From an archaeon (lineage in GTDB: Archaea > Micrarchaeota > Micrarchaeia > Norongarragalinales > UBA97), in NCBI GenBank assembly GCA_020057405.1, contig JAGVFW010000008.1, forward strand, positions 1 through 64,000: DNA of 64,000 bases. Direction: 5' to 3'. Shown piece by piece: positions 11,401 through 19,005 of this stretch; the first letter of the stretch is position 1, and the number at the start of each line of letters is the position of its first letter. The notes under the pieces are model-generated. The model saw nothing but the letters and a program-made list of their open reading frames with translations. It did not search any database and was not told the origin of the DNA. A program made the translations under genes and the position numbers.

Positions 11401-14400
11401 AAGGACAAGGCACTCGTGTTTACCCTTGCGCCCGGCATGGTGATTGAGTACACGCCCGTTGACTTTAACACTGGCGGCCTGACCGAGTTTGTCTTCCCGA
11501 TTGCGGCCGCACTCACGCTCCCGCTGCGCACCCTTGAGTTTGCCGACCCCGGCACTTCAAAGGTTTACTATAGCCTGCCAAGCGGGGAGAAAGTCGTGCT
11601 TGCAGCGCCTGCCAAGAAGAACGCGGCTGGCGAGCTCGTCGCGCAAGTCGAGGCAGGACAAGTTATTTTCGTCCCGCGCGGCTGGAAGACGGACGCACCA
11701 AACGGCGTCGTGCTCAAGTACGGCTCGCGATGGAGTTTTGCAGTTCCCTCCGGCACTAAAGCAGAGGAAAACGGGGGCGAGTACCTCATTCGCGTGCCAA
11801 GCACTGCATCGCCAACCGAGCGCGCCGGCGTCTACCTGCCGTTCCCACCTGCATTCTCAAAGAATGGAGTTGAGTCAGGCGGCCGCGAGCTGAAGAACCC
11901 GTTTGCCCTTGCGGCACAGGCCACCAAGGCGTCTGCGGGCCAGAAGGCCGACGGGCAGTCGTTCGTCATCGTGCCTGCCGGCACTAGCGTTCGCTTTGAG
12001 GCAACTGAAAAGACTGCCGCCGACGTTGCAGGCGGGCCAACTGGCACCCTTGAAATTACTCTAGACTTTGACGGCGCAATCCAGGCTGCTGATGAATCAA
12101 CTGTCAACGACAAGGGCGGCAGTGTTGATGTCATGAACACTGCTTGCGGCAACCTGCAGGTTGATGACACGGTGTTCCCCAAGCCCGGCAAGCGCATCGT
12201 GCACACCAAGACCGTGCAATTCCAGATTACTAACGCGCGGGCTGACGCTGAGTCAAAGAGAATCTCGTTTAAGGCCGGCGCCAAGCTCACCATCATCGCG
12301 TGCCGGCAGTCCGAGCCCGAGTGGCGCCAAGTGCGGCTCTTCTTCCCCGTGCAGACGACGTTCATTTTGCCAAACGACGCGCCCCCGCTTGAGGGCTCGG
12401 GCAAAGTCGACTTTGGCGCGTGCAAGGAAATCAGGACTAGCGCGGATGTCAAGATGAAGCCCCCGCGCGCTGAAGTGATTGACTTTGGCTCGGTGCCAAG
12501 TCCAGTCAAGTCAAGCGACAAGCGTGGCCAGCAGCCCGACTCCTTGCCGACATTCACCGTGCCGGCTGACTACGGCATCCTCTTCACCATTTGCAAGGGC
12601 GACACTAAGTTCAACATCAACACCCAGGGGCTTGCAAAGGCGCCCGTGCCCAACTCGATTGAAGTTCAGGTTGACGGCGGGGCCTCGAAGGACGAGTTGC
12701 ACCTAGTGCTTGACGACGGCAACAGGAAGGCAAACGCGCGCATCAAGATGCGGAATTCTGGCGCAACCGTGATTGAAGTCAACCTCGACTCTACTGAGGC
12801 GGATGACAAGATCAAGGCGGCCTACAACAATGAGGGCGAAATCTGGTGGGGCCGCACGGGTGGAATTGGCGAGGGCTGGGTGTGGGAGACCGGCTACGAG
12901 AAGAAAGCGCCGGTCTTTAGGCTGTCCCCAACCGACGACTTCAGAAACGTGGTGTCAACCGACATTTCACTCCCGCGCTCTAGCGAGTTTGTCAACCCGC
13001 TTACGGGGTGCGTTGAGAAGGAGGCAGTGATTGAAGGCACTCTTACTTTCAAGGGCAGCCTCGTCACCGACAAGAGGCCGACCCAATCCAACCCGCTTAA
13101 GGTCAAGATTGAAATCAAGAAAAACCCGGGCGCCTGCGCGGCGGCGCAATCGCTTGAGCGCGTGCTTCGCTCGGGCTTCTACGCCACGCACACTGCAGAA
13201 ATCAAGGTTGGCGACTCGTTTGCAACACCCGGAAAAACGCTTTACTTCAAGACCCCAGACGCCAGCCACGTGCAGTACTTTGCGCTCATTAACAACCTGC
13301 AGGAGAAAGCCACGCTCTCGAGCAAGTGGACCGGCACGCAAGTCACCGACTGCAGCATCCTGAAGGCAGGCGAGCTAGTTCCCATTGACGCACTCGTGAT
13401 GGAGAAGGGAGAAGCGCTTGTCATAAAGTGCACGCCAAAGGCGGGGGTAACAATCCCTGACGGCGGGGACTCGGGCAAGCAGAGGCTGGAGATTAAGGCA
13501 ACGCCGAAAGGAACTGGAAGCGACACGGCCACTCAAACAACTCAATCTCCAGTTACTACCGTAACGCCAACCCCGACGCCCAACGCCGCAGGGCAAACGC
13601 AAGTGCAGCCCACTGCACCAACGGCGGGCGGTTCTTCGTTCTTCAACACCGACGAAGAGACCAAGGCCAACACTATCCGCGCAGTTCCAGTTGACACGGT
13701 TGCAGTAATTGAGTTTGACGTGTTTAACCCCGAACCGCTCAACAAGCAGTTCTACCTCGACGCCGGAACGCCTTTGGGCTCGCTTTGCCCGTTTGGCCAA
13801 AACGCAATCGACAGCTCGTGCAATGCTGCGCTTACCACCCCGGCAAATAATTTTGGCTCGGGTGCAAGCACTGGAACGCAAAACGGTGGGACGCAAGCCA
13901 ATGGCGGCACTAACGGCCAGCAAAACACCCAGCCGACCACTCCCGAACTAGGCAAGTGCGACGGCGAGACGGCGAAAGTGCCTATTGGCACTTGCTATAA
14001 TGAAGCCCACAAGGCCGATGCGACCAAGGCGGGCTATGTGTGTACTGACGCGGGTAATGGCAGGGCCGACTACCAGATGGCACCCGCACAAGGCAAGGCA
14101 ACCAAGGCGACAAACAACGTCGACCTGACGCGCTGCTGCCCTGCAGGCGGAGTCAACCTGAATCCCTCTAACGACGGCAAGGGCTGCCAGAACGAAAACA
14201 CCAACCCTGACAACACGGTCAAGGCCGCGGCCGTCTCGCGCATTAACTTCCAAAGCGCTCCAAGCGGCACGACAGGCGTGAGCGGGGCGACAGTCACCGC
14301 GCCAGAGACCACGACGGGCGGTTCTGCAGCTCCGACGGCGGACACCAAGGACGCAACGGCAGTCAATTCAGTTTACTACTCGCTTTGCGAGGAATTCTAT

Positions 14401-17400
14401 TGCTCTAGCGACCAGGCGCAAATGGCTTTCAAGTCGCACGTGATGGGCTACCGCGAAATAATTGACGAGGCACGCAAGGAGAGCGCCGGCACGACGCCGG
14501 ATGACAAGACGCAGGAAGTCAAGGTGCTCAACAAGCTGCGCGAGCGCTTCAAGCTCGGCTCGACGACAAGCGGCTTTGCGAGGGCTTTTGTCATACAAAA
14601 GGCCGGCGACGACAAGGTGACTAACGCGCAAATCCAGAAGGCTGCACTCGACGCGTTCCCGGCAACGACTTGGCACCCCAAGAACGTCGGGGTTGACGGC
14701 GAGCTTGGCGCGTGCGGAATCTACATTGTCCAGACGACCTTCAGGTTCGGGCCAAGCGCATTTAGCGCGGCCTCAAAGGCAGAGACCGCCCTTGCCGAAT
14801 CCGAAATCACGATAAACATCGTCAAGGCCGCAGACTGCCCCAAGAACCTCGCTAACGCGCCGATCCTGATGGGGCCGCCAGTTGAGAAGGACGGGCTGAC
14901 CAACACTGAAATCTGGACCGGCAGGCGCGTTGTCAAGTGGCCGACTGACGTCGACCGCATAACGCTGCTCTTTGACATTGGCGGAAGGTGGGCTGAGCTG
15001 CAGAAGGAAACCGGCGGCGGGGTAGTCGGCACCGCGCTAAGCGTGCTCTCATACCCGTCAGTCTTGGCTCTAGGCCCGTACGGAGAGGAGTACAACCTCA
15101 AGGACGCGGTAATTGCAAAAGAAGCTTACAGGCAGATGTTCGGCGTTGAACCCGCCAAAGTCCTCGCGCACAAGGGCGTGAGTTACAACGACGCGGGCTA
15201 CTGCTTCCAAAACGGCATTCGGCAAGTGTTTGACCTGTCGCTTGCCTCAATCGGCCTTTCCTTGGGCGGCCTTCTCGGCTCTTTCTTCTCCGGCGGCACT
15301 TCACTCTCTGTGACAGCAGTTGGCGTGGCAATCGGAAAAGGAGCCGGCCAGTCAATCGGCGCTTGCGCGAGCCTTGGCGCTTCAGTCGCGGCTGGTACGG
15401 TTGTCACTTCAGGCGTGGGCTCGCAGACAGTTTGCGAAGCGTTCAACGCCTGCGTTTACGGCCAAATATTCTCGCTAATGACTGGATTCGGCGGAAGCAA
15501 GACTCCACCCGCATCGCCTTCGGGCTTCACAGCAGGAGTGGCGCAAACTGGAAGCGCGTTTAAGGGCGGCTTCGGCACGGCATGGAAGGAACTTACTGGC
15601 TTTGGCCTTGGAAGCAAGGCGGTTGCAGCGCGCTTCGTCCCCGGCATGGTCGTCGGCGGCATGGTTGGCTTGGGCGGCGACGGAACGCAAAACCTGCTGC
15701 CCTCATACTACCTCGGCAAAGAAAAAGCAAGTCAAATAAGACAAAGCGCGGTGCCGGATTCACAGCAATTAATTAAAGCGCTGCGTGATGAAGGCGTGCC
15801 CGCATCAGGCGCGATACCACCAACAATGGTAACGGATGCGCAAGCAAGAGCTATTTTCAATAAATACGATGAACTGGTTAACGGAAGGGCAGCAACGGCA
15901 ACTGCGACCGCAGTTGCTCCAAGATTCCCGGCAGGCGGGGCGCAAGCCTGGAAGGAAGCAACGCTCGACGTGTTTGGTACGGGTTTTGTGAGTACAGTAA
16001 CGTTAGACAAGATAGCCCTCGCGGGTTCCAAGACGCCGTTTGGCGCGCAAACCAACGCTTACGTCAAGGCAGTTGAAGAGGCGCTCAAGAAGGCAGGCAC
16101 TACTGAAGGAAAGACCGCCAAAGTTATCTTAGGCAAGTGGGGCCCAAGCATCAGGGTTCCCGGAAAAGAGCTTACTGACGGAGTTGAGGCGCTGGCTCAG
16201 AAAGTCGCGGAGAAAATCAAGGAAGGAAAAGCGGAAGACATTGCAGTCACGGAAGCGCTTAACGAACTCAGAATGGGCCTAGACGACTCGGCAGTCATAG
16301 AATCCCTTGACGATGCAGGAAAGAAGTCTCTCGAAAGCAAAGCAACAAGTGCGGCAACTTCACTCGAAGAAGCGAAAACCGCGGCTACAGGCATCAGGTC
16401 GCTGACGCAAGAACACAACTTCGAGGATGAGTTTAACCGCATAAAGAGAGCCTCAACAGCAGCTGAACTTCAAGGCATAGAAGATAATCTAAAGGGGCTA
16501 AGCACGAGCGGTACATCATCTACCTATCGAACCAAGCTTATGAATTACATCGGCGACCGCAAGGTAGCGTTGGAAGGTAAACCGATTTCAGAAGCTAAAA
16601 TTGCGGCTGAAAGTGCTAGATTTGAGACTAGGGTCAACCTATATCGCGGTTCGGGCGGAACATCTGAAATCCAAAGCGAAATATCTAGAACAATTAGAAG
16701 AATCGAGGGATTGTCCAGTTCTGGTGATGCGGCAACACTTGAAGGAAGCATTCGAGCCGACATCGATTCTTTTGTTTCCCGACTTAAAGGCGCTAATAAT
16801 AAAGCGGCGTCAGCCGCTGAGAAAGCCGCCACCAAGGTCACGCTTGAAAACGTGCTTGATGACCTAATTCTAGTCAAAAAAGATGTTCTCGCTAACCAGG
16901 ACGGATTTAGAACTGCACAAGCAGGATTGGAAACAAAGGCAAACGCTGCAGAAGGAACGGCCGAAACCGCAACAAGAGGCAAAACTAGTGTGAGACTGCC
17001 TGCAGCAACGATTGACGTTACAAAAGTTGACGAGCTCGTTACTCGAATTGGGACTGCAACTGACGCCGAGCTAATCCAAATTGAAACCGAGCTTCGGACA
17101 ACGAAACTTTCAGCCGTAAGCGATGCTCAAAGAAAAGTTACTAAGGCAATCACTGACAGGCGAGCATATCTTACAACCAAGGCGGGCTTGGTTGGCACAA
17201 GCGAGTTTAAGACTTCATTCCTGAAGCGGTTGTTCGGCGCGGGCAAGAGCGAGGCAGACGTAATCAGCGTTGTGAAGAAAGTCAAGGCGCCGACTGCCTG
17301 GCGCGCGGCACTTGGACAGAACTTCAAGGAGTTGTTCCTCAAGAAGCTTCCAACGGGCTTGCTCAGGCTATTCTTGACGCTATTGTTCCACGTTGACGTC

Positions 17401-17919
17401 GCGCCCGTGCAGGCGGCGCTCCAGTCGCACACTAACTCGATTGTGGCGACGAACTTTGAGTATGTGACGCGCGCGGGCACCAACTACATTCCATCTATAC
17501 ACCGATACTGTGATGCGACTACGACAGGGTGCGACAAGGAAGTCGTGCTTGACGGGAATGGCGACTGCAGTCCACAGCAGGGATTTGCAGCCTGCGGCGG
17601 GTTCAGGGAAAAGACCGGCGGCGGTTACGCAGCGGCGTTCGTGGTTAACGACAGGGTCGAATCAAATAATGGCGGCCAGATAAACCAGAAGAGCGAAACG
17701 CCGGCTGGCACTATCGACCTCGGACAAGTTGATGACGACACTGGCAAGATTAAGGCCGAAGCCGCTAGCAAGGAAGAACAGAAGGCGCAGGAGTCGGTTG
17801 GACCGCAGTCAAAGAGCCTGATGTCATCAGTATTCAACCCCGCCCAACCGCCATTAGGCAAGGGCTTCGGATTGATTGGCAACCTGGAAAAGAGGAGTGA
17901 TGAAACAAATGGCGGCTAA
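2413..17919 (+). CDS. Giant (~5,170 aa) membrane-anchored surface protein: carboxypeptidase-regulatory-like/Ig-like domains, ~12 x 150-aa beta repeats, Cys-containing and helical C-terminal region
   Basis: Uninterrupted 15.5-kb ORF (track start 2383; GTG 2413 lies ~20 nt after the TATA box). N-terminal TM helix LPVFALILLILLAGIAFVAF; repeated (V/L)xDxxGxPVxGAxV...TDxxG motifs; Thr/Pro/Gly linkers. Confidence 0.9.
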   Translation: MVQIWEGEGAIFDAIREKWEDFLDWSDEKGLPVASAADWLESHGVPSLPVFALILLILLAGIAFVAFPLVSGPSTGDIKVTLADANDNPISEATVRIASTGDSAFAVKTQATDADGVVIFTGIPAGPVSVLATADGFADAEDHIEVVGGKQQEVQLSATVSIPKTVSVSLEISGPTDPDQISTILFDENWNPITAEQHGEKPTFTVDANTNFHARITAPGFSQQSISNQAVTESDKFLGSFQLKAEDTTKKGTVHVVVTDFDGKAVKGASVVVSERVSDGNGKELFTGKTGEDGSISPQDAVLGTLITAKVTAAGYSPKVSDAVTIVAETAITIEIRSLTGPQKLTVSLVDGDGKLVANGLLRLYARQPDGAMAVVDEKKPFKETVDFELEQNREYALSAYATGFLPQFFQKLEPGGKSITLVQATPAKSARLRVHVSNFDSADASGASVALFSADRLPLGLSEKTTGPDGVQYFDDVPLTKVIAMAASQGRFGESPVTVSSGNSSVEVLLPRGNGRVLLTVKDKFSLKPVKGAAVRVSAFEERACTTDDKGQCAVEATEFAGARAIASGAGYETLSTAQFDVRPGVDTKVEALLFPTSVTASTKLEFNGFYDTSGNKVTTLSPASVYRAKFTLRSPPIDYSQARAFVSVGELTATLEGSPVTITAYDAAGAQRVYTGTDFQLARQLNSAGDNTTFDAAAAASVPNAKEYKWVDFVFDKFSGGREISVTITTKASPSAKSALNYRTEFYTTDGVLRSPADAEAGKSKSELLAATDSAPIDLSFQGTCQDDLCVQAFLETLDGTRAQTGFQTPLGREFYLKFKAASFGTPFEAQLLTSGVAVGLLRGTSGGAETSPKPAPDGTLAVRMPASGGEGTFTLRGQRVSSDAYVKLTLYRGDAVAFEKTLFLRVNAEGTPTLSIIANPRTLVALAATPVVITVRDSLGVPVTGARVSLGGVGNDALGRIDEATEDVTLPGTYRIESVTAESAGVIAYAVDAAGFAIARGTISVNAHNLISVGETSLAVEVTAKGQETRTPITVTNLLDNEISVSLSVTRDGIPNLLDIGAEPSQAARMPSRGVLNAYLRAAIADYVLGLAAQGDTIKDSISGRVRVIGKLGAVRQAVEVPFTAKATLVRTAISDAWGIDASALNIELSPPDVAEKTVEVQVRNTGPHPLLINQQVNGLKGVFVNPPSQQVSPGATTAMQILARVSGASSSNQCVFDATTTKGTIRFFATFQGISSNKDLPVTLSLTAKGVCRPTAEQLLTMPIATRFELPADAKVRKNDDGSTTVQMSDGRRVRFSAGATVATTAVTVPPETEFYAEGTAATTATDGFKFTPPVGLILVLPAGVPVISRGDSSAAIIGTTQVLFPSTLAFSQDAGGRAVRVPPGTIVQITALPQVSLESNTLAILPAKIVFDFSRNAIVRENDDGSFSVESAGNAIGFSAQSQHAPQGSDGSVQVTVPSGTGVLFPTAVFSGRANNGFELRVPASLSIEIPSDVEVATRGTTIAAFLPDYDLLLPAGTTFKASAGGKTAAVGPNAIVSFKSVTGISLTGNAFANLPFALRLVLPGGARLDGSEVGKTATLASGETIGLPPDATVSDAQLDGTRVTTVPPYSQVSLPKSFFTPVTGGGFNLKPAVPYALGFPIGTRQVEAGNDLLMLLPDYDLRVPKNTRLAPDSGLLFTTQMAAGTQTRAAPAPEISVADLGRVTLPFDLTATLPAAARVNERSDGIAVLVRDGLTIGFSAPAELSHDNGSTINAPAGAAVLLPAYLIESTPDGSLRLTLPIDVSLSFDTGVQLQRGPAGNSFVSDDYKLDAGSATRVDVSKAGVLRAIVPAGTALTLTSTANAIAAGDEVSIPAQLSLQLPVDAIVRARADGRLYVEARGMRALFGAGATADAGKITVPENTQVIFSRGIVGQLRNAGLAQGRDFKLTIPIAYALAFPAGAGAPVATKRGTTAIAFRGLVIEFPPTAQSSSGDSGTLVSMTGGSATNFITWINGIPASELGGIIDAADAALTPRERLALAAKDNIAVTLPFQLELLVPPSFSMTTADDTGSGPAVWLSSRVAIAFGPTSQVAGSVPKTITAPAGTQLSLPASMLSRSPDGGYAITIPFSTAVLIPEDTEVVNDKQTYALLSNARQELALPAGTAFIQVQDLLRADLQPNTRIEVNPIGAAQLDGLVPVRLPVDAELLFASGVRAFTSGASTVVRLPDGSTAQFPGTIDAQTGPGGVRVLQWTGGTAAMLPRAAVTSDANGGTQFSLPIAANVILPPDARVVQRSGLVAVLAAQRAQITLPTSAKPASDKRGFIASVPAGGRISVSTFGLDVIGQPIVVPFEMHVNVPADAIVDENAPGGVVVEFSANSRAKFSGGVFTSPTGLGTGASLYGLQYGNGFFGSQLSPYGAGWQQNQNQFAQQVRLNLLTVPAFSQVTLAPSLMRPLGYSQGGLAGASAYEFSLPVMWTAIPQSTGAIYNNPDRSYSIFVQNNEIVFPAGTQSSPLSQFGGGLGAQQLIVPAFAPVRVLPVFNGASPFERRPLPFEMAMQLPQGARVLPRGQDGTRTIDFGGGRRMVLDRDLFVDERSVSGPTPPQLSELVITQGTLVGFSPGIYRPLPPQFANPMETASLPQNLWGFALQLPAAIKIRVPSDTRFAKNADGSQSAFVQNFEIRVPAGTSQPLTENGQNGVRTLAVAPNAQVLVVPLALSDSFERIELAVPFDVTFALSADARVLPKAADGSWAIEVPGRGSIAFRPESELAANKVNVPAGSGFFASRELAKADKSVDEFGTRATAFTFTAPMSMSIKSDTQPQGTGASRSLTSGTVELVLPAGVQSSKLGNAYVTIVSAGSQLVLRPIDASFGQNLQDIFLPGEAAFSLPTDAKAFGTSPAGEMPVKFASGQGIVFKGGSRVEGDGATRKVIVPNGASLAPSYALLKTASTTVRQQIQRTQTVPQGWRFATPSQLTVTLPAATRVETGDNGFLVQGQYESYLLPRNAQQSLGKDKALVFTLAPGMVIEYTPVDFNTGGLTEFVFPIAAALTLPLRTLEFADPGTSKVYYSLPSGEKVVLAAPAKKNAAGELVAQVEAGQVIFVPRGWKTDAPNGVVLKYGSRWSFAVPSGTKAEENGGEYLIRVPSTASPTERAGVYLPFPPAFSKNGVESGGRELKNPFALAAQATKASAGQKADGQSFVIVPAGTSVRFEATEKTAADVAGGPTGTLEITLDFDGAIQAADESTVNDKGGSVDVMNTACGNLQVDDTVFPKPGKRIVHTKTVQFQITNARADAESKRISFKAGAKLTIIACRQSEPEWRQVRLFFPVQTTFILPNDAPPLEGSGKVDFGACKEIRTSADVKMKPPRAEVIDFGSVPSPVKSSDKRGQQPDSLPTFTVPADYGILFTICKGDTKFNINTQGLAKAPVPNSIEVQVDGGASKDELHLVLDDGNRKANARIKMRNSGATVIEVNLDSTEADDKIKAAYNNEGEIWWGRTGGIGEGWVWETGYEKKAPVFRLSPTDDFRNVVSTDISLPRSSEFVNPLTGCVEKEAVIEGTLTFKGSLVTDKRPTQSNPLKVKIEIKKNPGACAAAQSLERVLRSGFYATHTAEIKVGDSFATPGKTLYFKTPDASHVQYFALINNLQEKATLSSKWTGTQVTDCSILKAGELVPIDALVMEKGEALVIKCTPKAGVTIPDGGDSGKQRLEIKATPKGTGSDTATQTTQSPVTTVTPTPTPNAAGQTQVQPTAPTAGGSSFFNTDEETKANTIRAVPVDTVAVIEFDVFNPEPLNKQFYLDAGTPLGSLCPFGQNAIDSSCNAALTTPANNFGSGASTGTQNGGTQANGGTNGQQNTQPTTPELGKCDGETAKVPIGTCYNEAHKADATKAGYVCTDAGNGRADYQMAPAQGKATKATNNVDLTRCCPAGGVNLNPSNDGKGCQNENTNPDNTVKAAAVSRINFQSAPSGTTGVSGATVTAPETTTGGSAAPTADTKDATAVNSVYYSLCEEFYCSSDQAQMAFKSHVMGYREIIDEARKESAGTTPDDKTQEVKVLNKLRERFKLGSTTSGFARAFVIQKAGDDKVTNAQIQKAALDAFPATTWHPKNVGVDGELGACGIYIVQTTFRFGPSAFSAASKAETALAESEITINIVKAADCPKNLANAPILMGPPVEKDGLTNTEIWTGRRVVKWPTDVDRITLLFDIGGRWAELQKETGGGVVGTALSVLSYPSVLALGPYGEEYNLKDAVIAKEAYRQMFGVEPAKVLAHKGVSYNDAGYCFQNGIRQVFDLSLASIGLSLGGLLGSFFSGGTSLSVTAVGVAIGKGAGQSIGACASLGASVAAGTVVTSGVGSQTVCEAFNACVYGQIFSLMTGFGGSKTPPASPSGFTAGVAQTGSAFKGGFGTAWKELTGFGLGSKAVAARFVPGMVVGGMVGLGGDGTQNLLPSYYLGKEKASQIRQSAVPDSQQLIKALRDEGVPASGAIPPTMVTDAQARAIFNKYDELVNGRAATATATAVAPRFPAGGAQAWKEATLDVFGTGFVSTVTLDKIALAGSKTPFGAQTNAYVKAVEEALKKAGTTEGKTAKVILGKWGPSIRVPGKELTDGVEALAQKVAEKIKEGKAEDIAVTEALNELRMGLDDSAVIESLDDAGKKSLESKATSAATSLEEAKTAATGIRSLTQEHNFEDEFNRIKRASTAAELQGIEDNLKGLSTSGTSSTYRTKLMNYIGDRKVALEGKPISEAKIAAESARFETRVNLYRGSGGTSEIQSEISRTIRRIEGLSSSGDAATLEGSIRADIDSFVSRLKGANNKAASAAEKAATKVTLENVLDDLILVKKDVLANQDGFRTAQAGLETKANAAEGTAETATRGKTSVRLPAATIDVTKVDELVTRIGTATDAELIQIETELRTTKLSAVSDAQRKVTKAITDRRAYLTTKAGLVGTSEFKTSFLKRLFGAGKSEADVISVVKKVKAPTAWRAALGQNFKELFLKKLPTGLLRLFLTLLFHVDVAPVQAALQSHTNSIVATNFEYVTRAGTNYIPSIHRYCDATTTGCDKEVVLDGNGDCSPQQGFAACGGFREKTGGGYAAAFVVNDRVESNNGGQINQKSETPAGTIDLGQVDDDTGKIKAEAASKEEQKAQESVGPQSKSLMSSVFNPAQPPLGKGFGLIGNLEKRSDETNGG
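6199..12600 (+). repeat. Protein-level tandem repeat array in the giant ORF (~12 units of ~150 aa, each two ~70-aa halves)
   Basis: Recurring pattern xLPF/IxxxxxLPxxAxVxxxxDG...F...VPAGT...F.L.(L/I)P...(L/I)PxDT...LPAGT. Unit starts: MPIATRFELPADA, LPAKIVFDF, LPFALRLVLPGGA, LPFDLTATLPAAA, IPAQLSLQLPVDA, LPFQLELLVP, LPVDAELLF, VPFEMHVNVPADA, LPFEMAMQLPQGA, VPFDVTFALSADA, LPGEAAFSLPTDA, FPIAAALTLP. Confidence 0.8.
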
Positions 17920-18535
17920 GCCTAGAAAAACAAACAGCTGGCCGCTCGTCGCCGTCCTAGCGATTGCCGCGATAGCAATTGCAGTAGGCTACCTCGCGTT
18001 CCAGGCGCCGGGAACAAACCCGGTAAAACAGGTGCTCAACCCAAAGAGCCCGCTTGAGAAGGCAGGCGCGGTTTTCGAGCAACAGTACGGAAAAGACTTT
18101 GCCACCTACTCCGACCCTGACTACGGGTTTTCACTCAAGTATCCCCTTGGCTACAAGATTGACAAGGGCTTTACCGACGACGCGAGGGTAATAGTCTATG
18201 CAGTATCGGCCGAAGGCGCACCCGAAACATTTACGGTCGGAGTGGACAACGCCTCAGTCGGACAAAACGAGTTTGACGGAATCGTGCAGCTATACGACCC
18301 GCAGTACGTCGAGTCGGCAACGCAAACGACGATAAACTCGGCAAACGCCTACATCCTCAGCGTAGTCGGGCCAGACGAGTACACCAACTCCAACTCGACA
18401 ATGCACCAGGCTTTCGTAAGCTGCAAGCGTGACGACGGCTTGACCTACACCGCCATCCTCACCGCAATGGTGCCACGAGAACTGGGCGCCAACGTTCCAC
18501 TAATGGACTACATGATTTCCTCCTTCAGGTGCTAG
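17909..18535 (+). CDS. Membrane-anchored PsbP/Mog1/DcrB-like protein
   Basis: N-terminal TM helix; FATYSDPDYGFSLKYPLGY; TTINSANAY; ends MISSFRC, which is typical of the PsbP-like fold. Overlaps the giant-gene stop. Confidence 0.7.
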   Translation: MAAKPRKTNSWPLVAVLAIAAIAIAVGYLAFQAPGTNPVKQVLNPKSPLEKAGAVFEQQYGKDFATYSDPDYGFSLKYPLGYKIDKGFTDDARVIVYAVSAEGAPETFTVGVDNASVGQNEFDGIVQLYDPQYVESATQTTINSANAYILSVVGPDEYTNSNSTMHQAFVSCKRDDGLTYTAILTAMVPRELGANVPLMDYMISSFRC

Positions 18536-18852
18536 AATTGATTTGGGTAAAGGTGCACGAGCGCAGTTTCAAAGGACAGACGCGCACGGTCATCGCAGCC
18601 TGCGACGCCAGGCTCCTTGGCAAAGTGCTTAAGGGGAGAAACGGCGTTGTGCTCAACCTCAAGCTCCACCGCGCATTCTACGAGGGCGAGAAGGTAAACG
18701 GCATGGAGCTTGCCGAGATACTCAAAGGTGCGATTAACGTCAATCTAGTCGGCGACGAGACTATCGCCGCCGCGTCAAAAGCTTTGCCCGTGAAGAAAGA
18801 GTACGCGAAAAAGATTGCAGGCGTGCCACACTTACAGTTCTACCGGATTTAG
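18529..18852 (+). CDS. DUF424 family protein
   Basis: VKVH, VIAACDARLLGK, FYEGE, VNLVG, IAGVPHLQ. Confidence 0.9.
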   Translation: MLELIWVKVHERSFKGQTRTVIAACDARLLGKVLKGRNGVVLNLKLHRAFYEGEKVNGMELAEILKGAINVNLVGDETIAAASKALPVKKEYAKKIAGVPHLQFYRI

Positions 18853-18863
18853 GGCAAACTTAG

Positions 18864-18995
18864 TTCGCCAGCAAAGGCAAGAACTTGTCCTTCGTTGACG
18901 GCATCGGCTACACCCTTGCAAGAAAACAGGGCCTGACTTTCCTAACTGGCGACCCTGCCTTTGAGGGAATGCAGGGAGTCGAATTCGTCAGGTAA
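18864..18995 (+). pseudogene. 3' remnant of a VapC/PIN-domain gene
   Basis: Translates FASKGKNLSFVDGIGYTLARKQGLTFLTGDPAFEGMQGVEFVR*, matching the PIN C-terminal LSxxD...LTGD..F motifs. Preceded by an in-frame TAG at 18861; the N-terminal two-thirds is absent. Confidence 0.8.
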
Positions 18996-19005
18996 CTGCG
19001 GCGAG

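Noticed and set aside
6199-12600. Possible CRISPR or DNA tandem array
   Set aside because: Repetition is visible only at protein level; no identical DNA repeats with spacers and no cas genes.
2418-17882. Many minus-strand and alternate-frame ORFs over the giant gene
   Set aside because: Shadow ORFs expected in GC-rich coding DNA; no motifs and Ser/Thr/Arg-biased translations.
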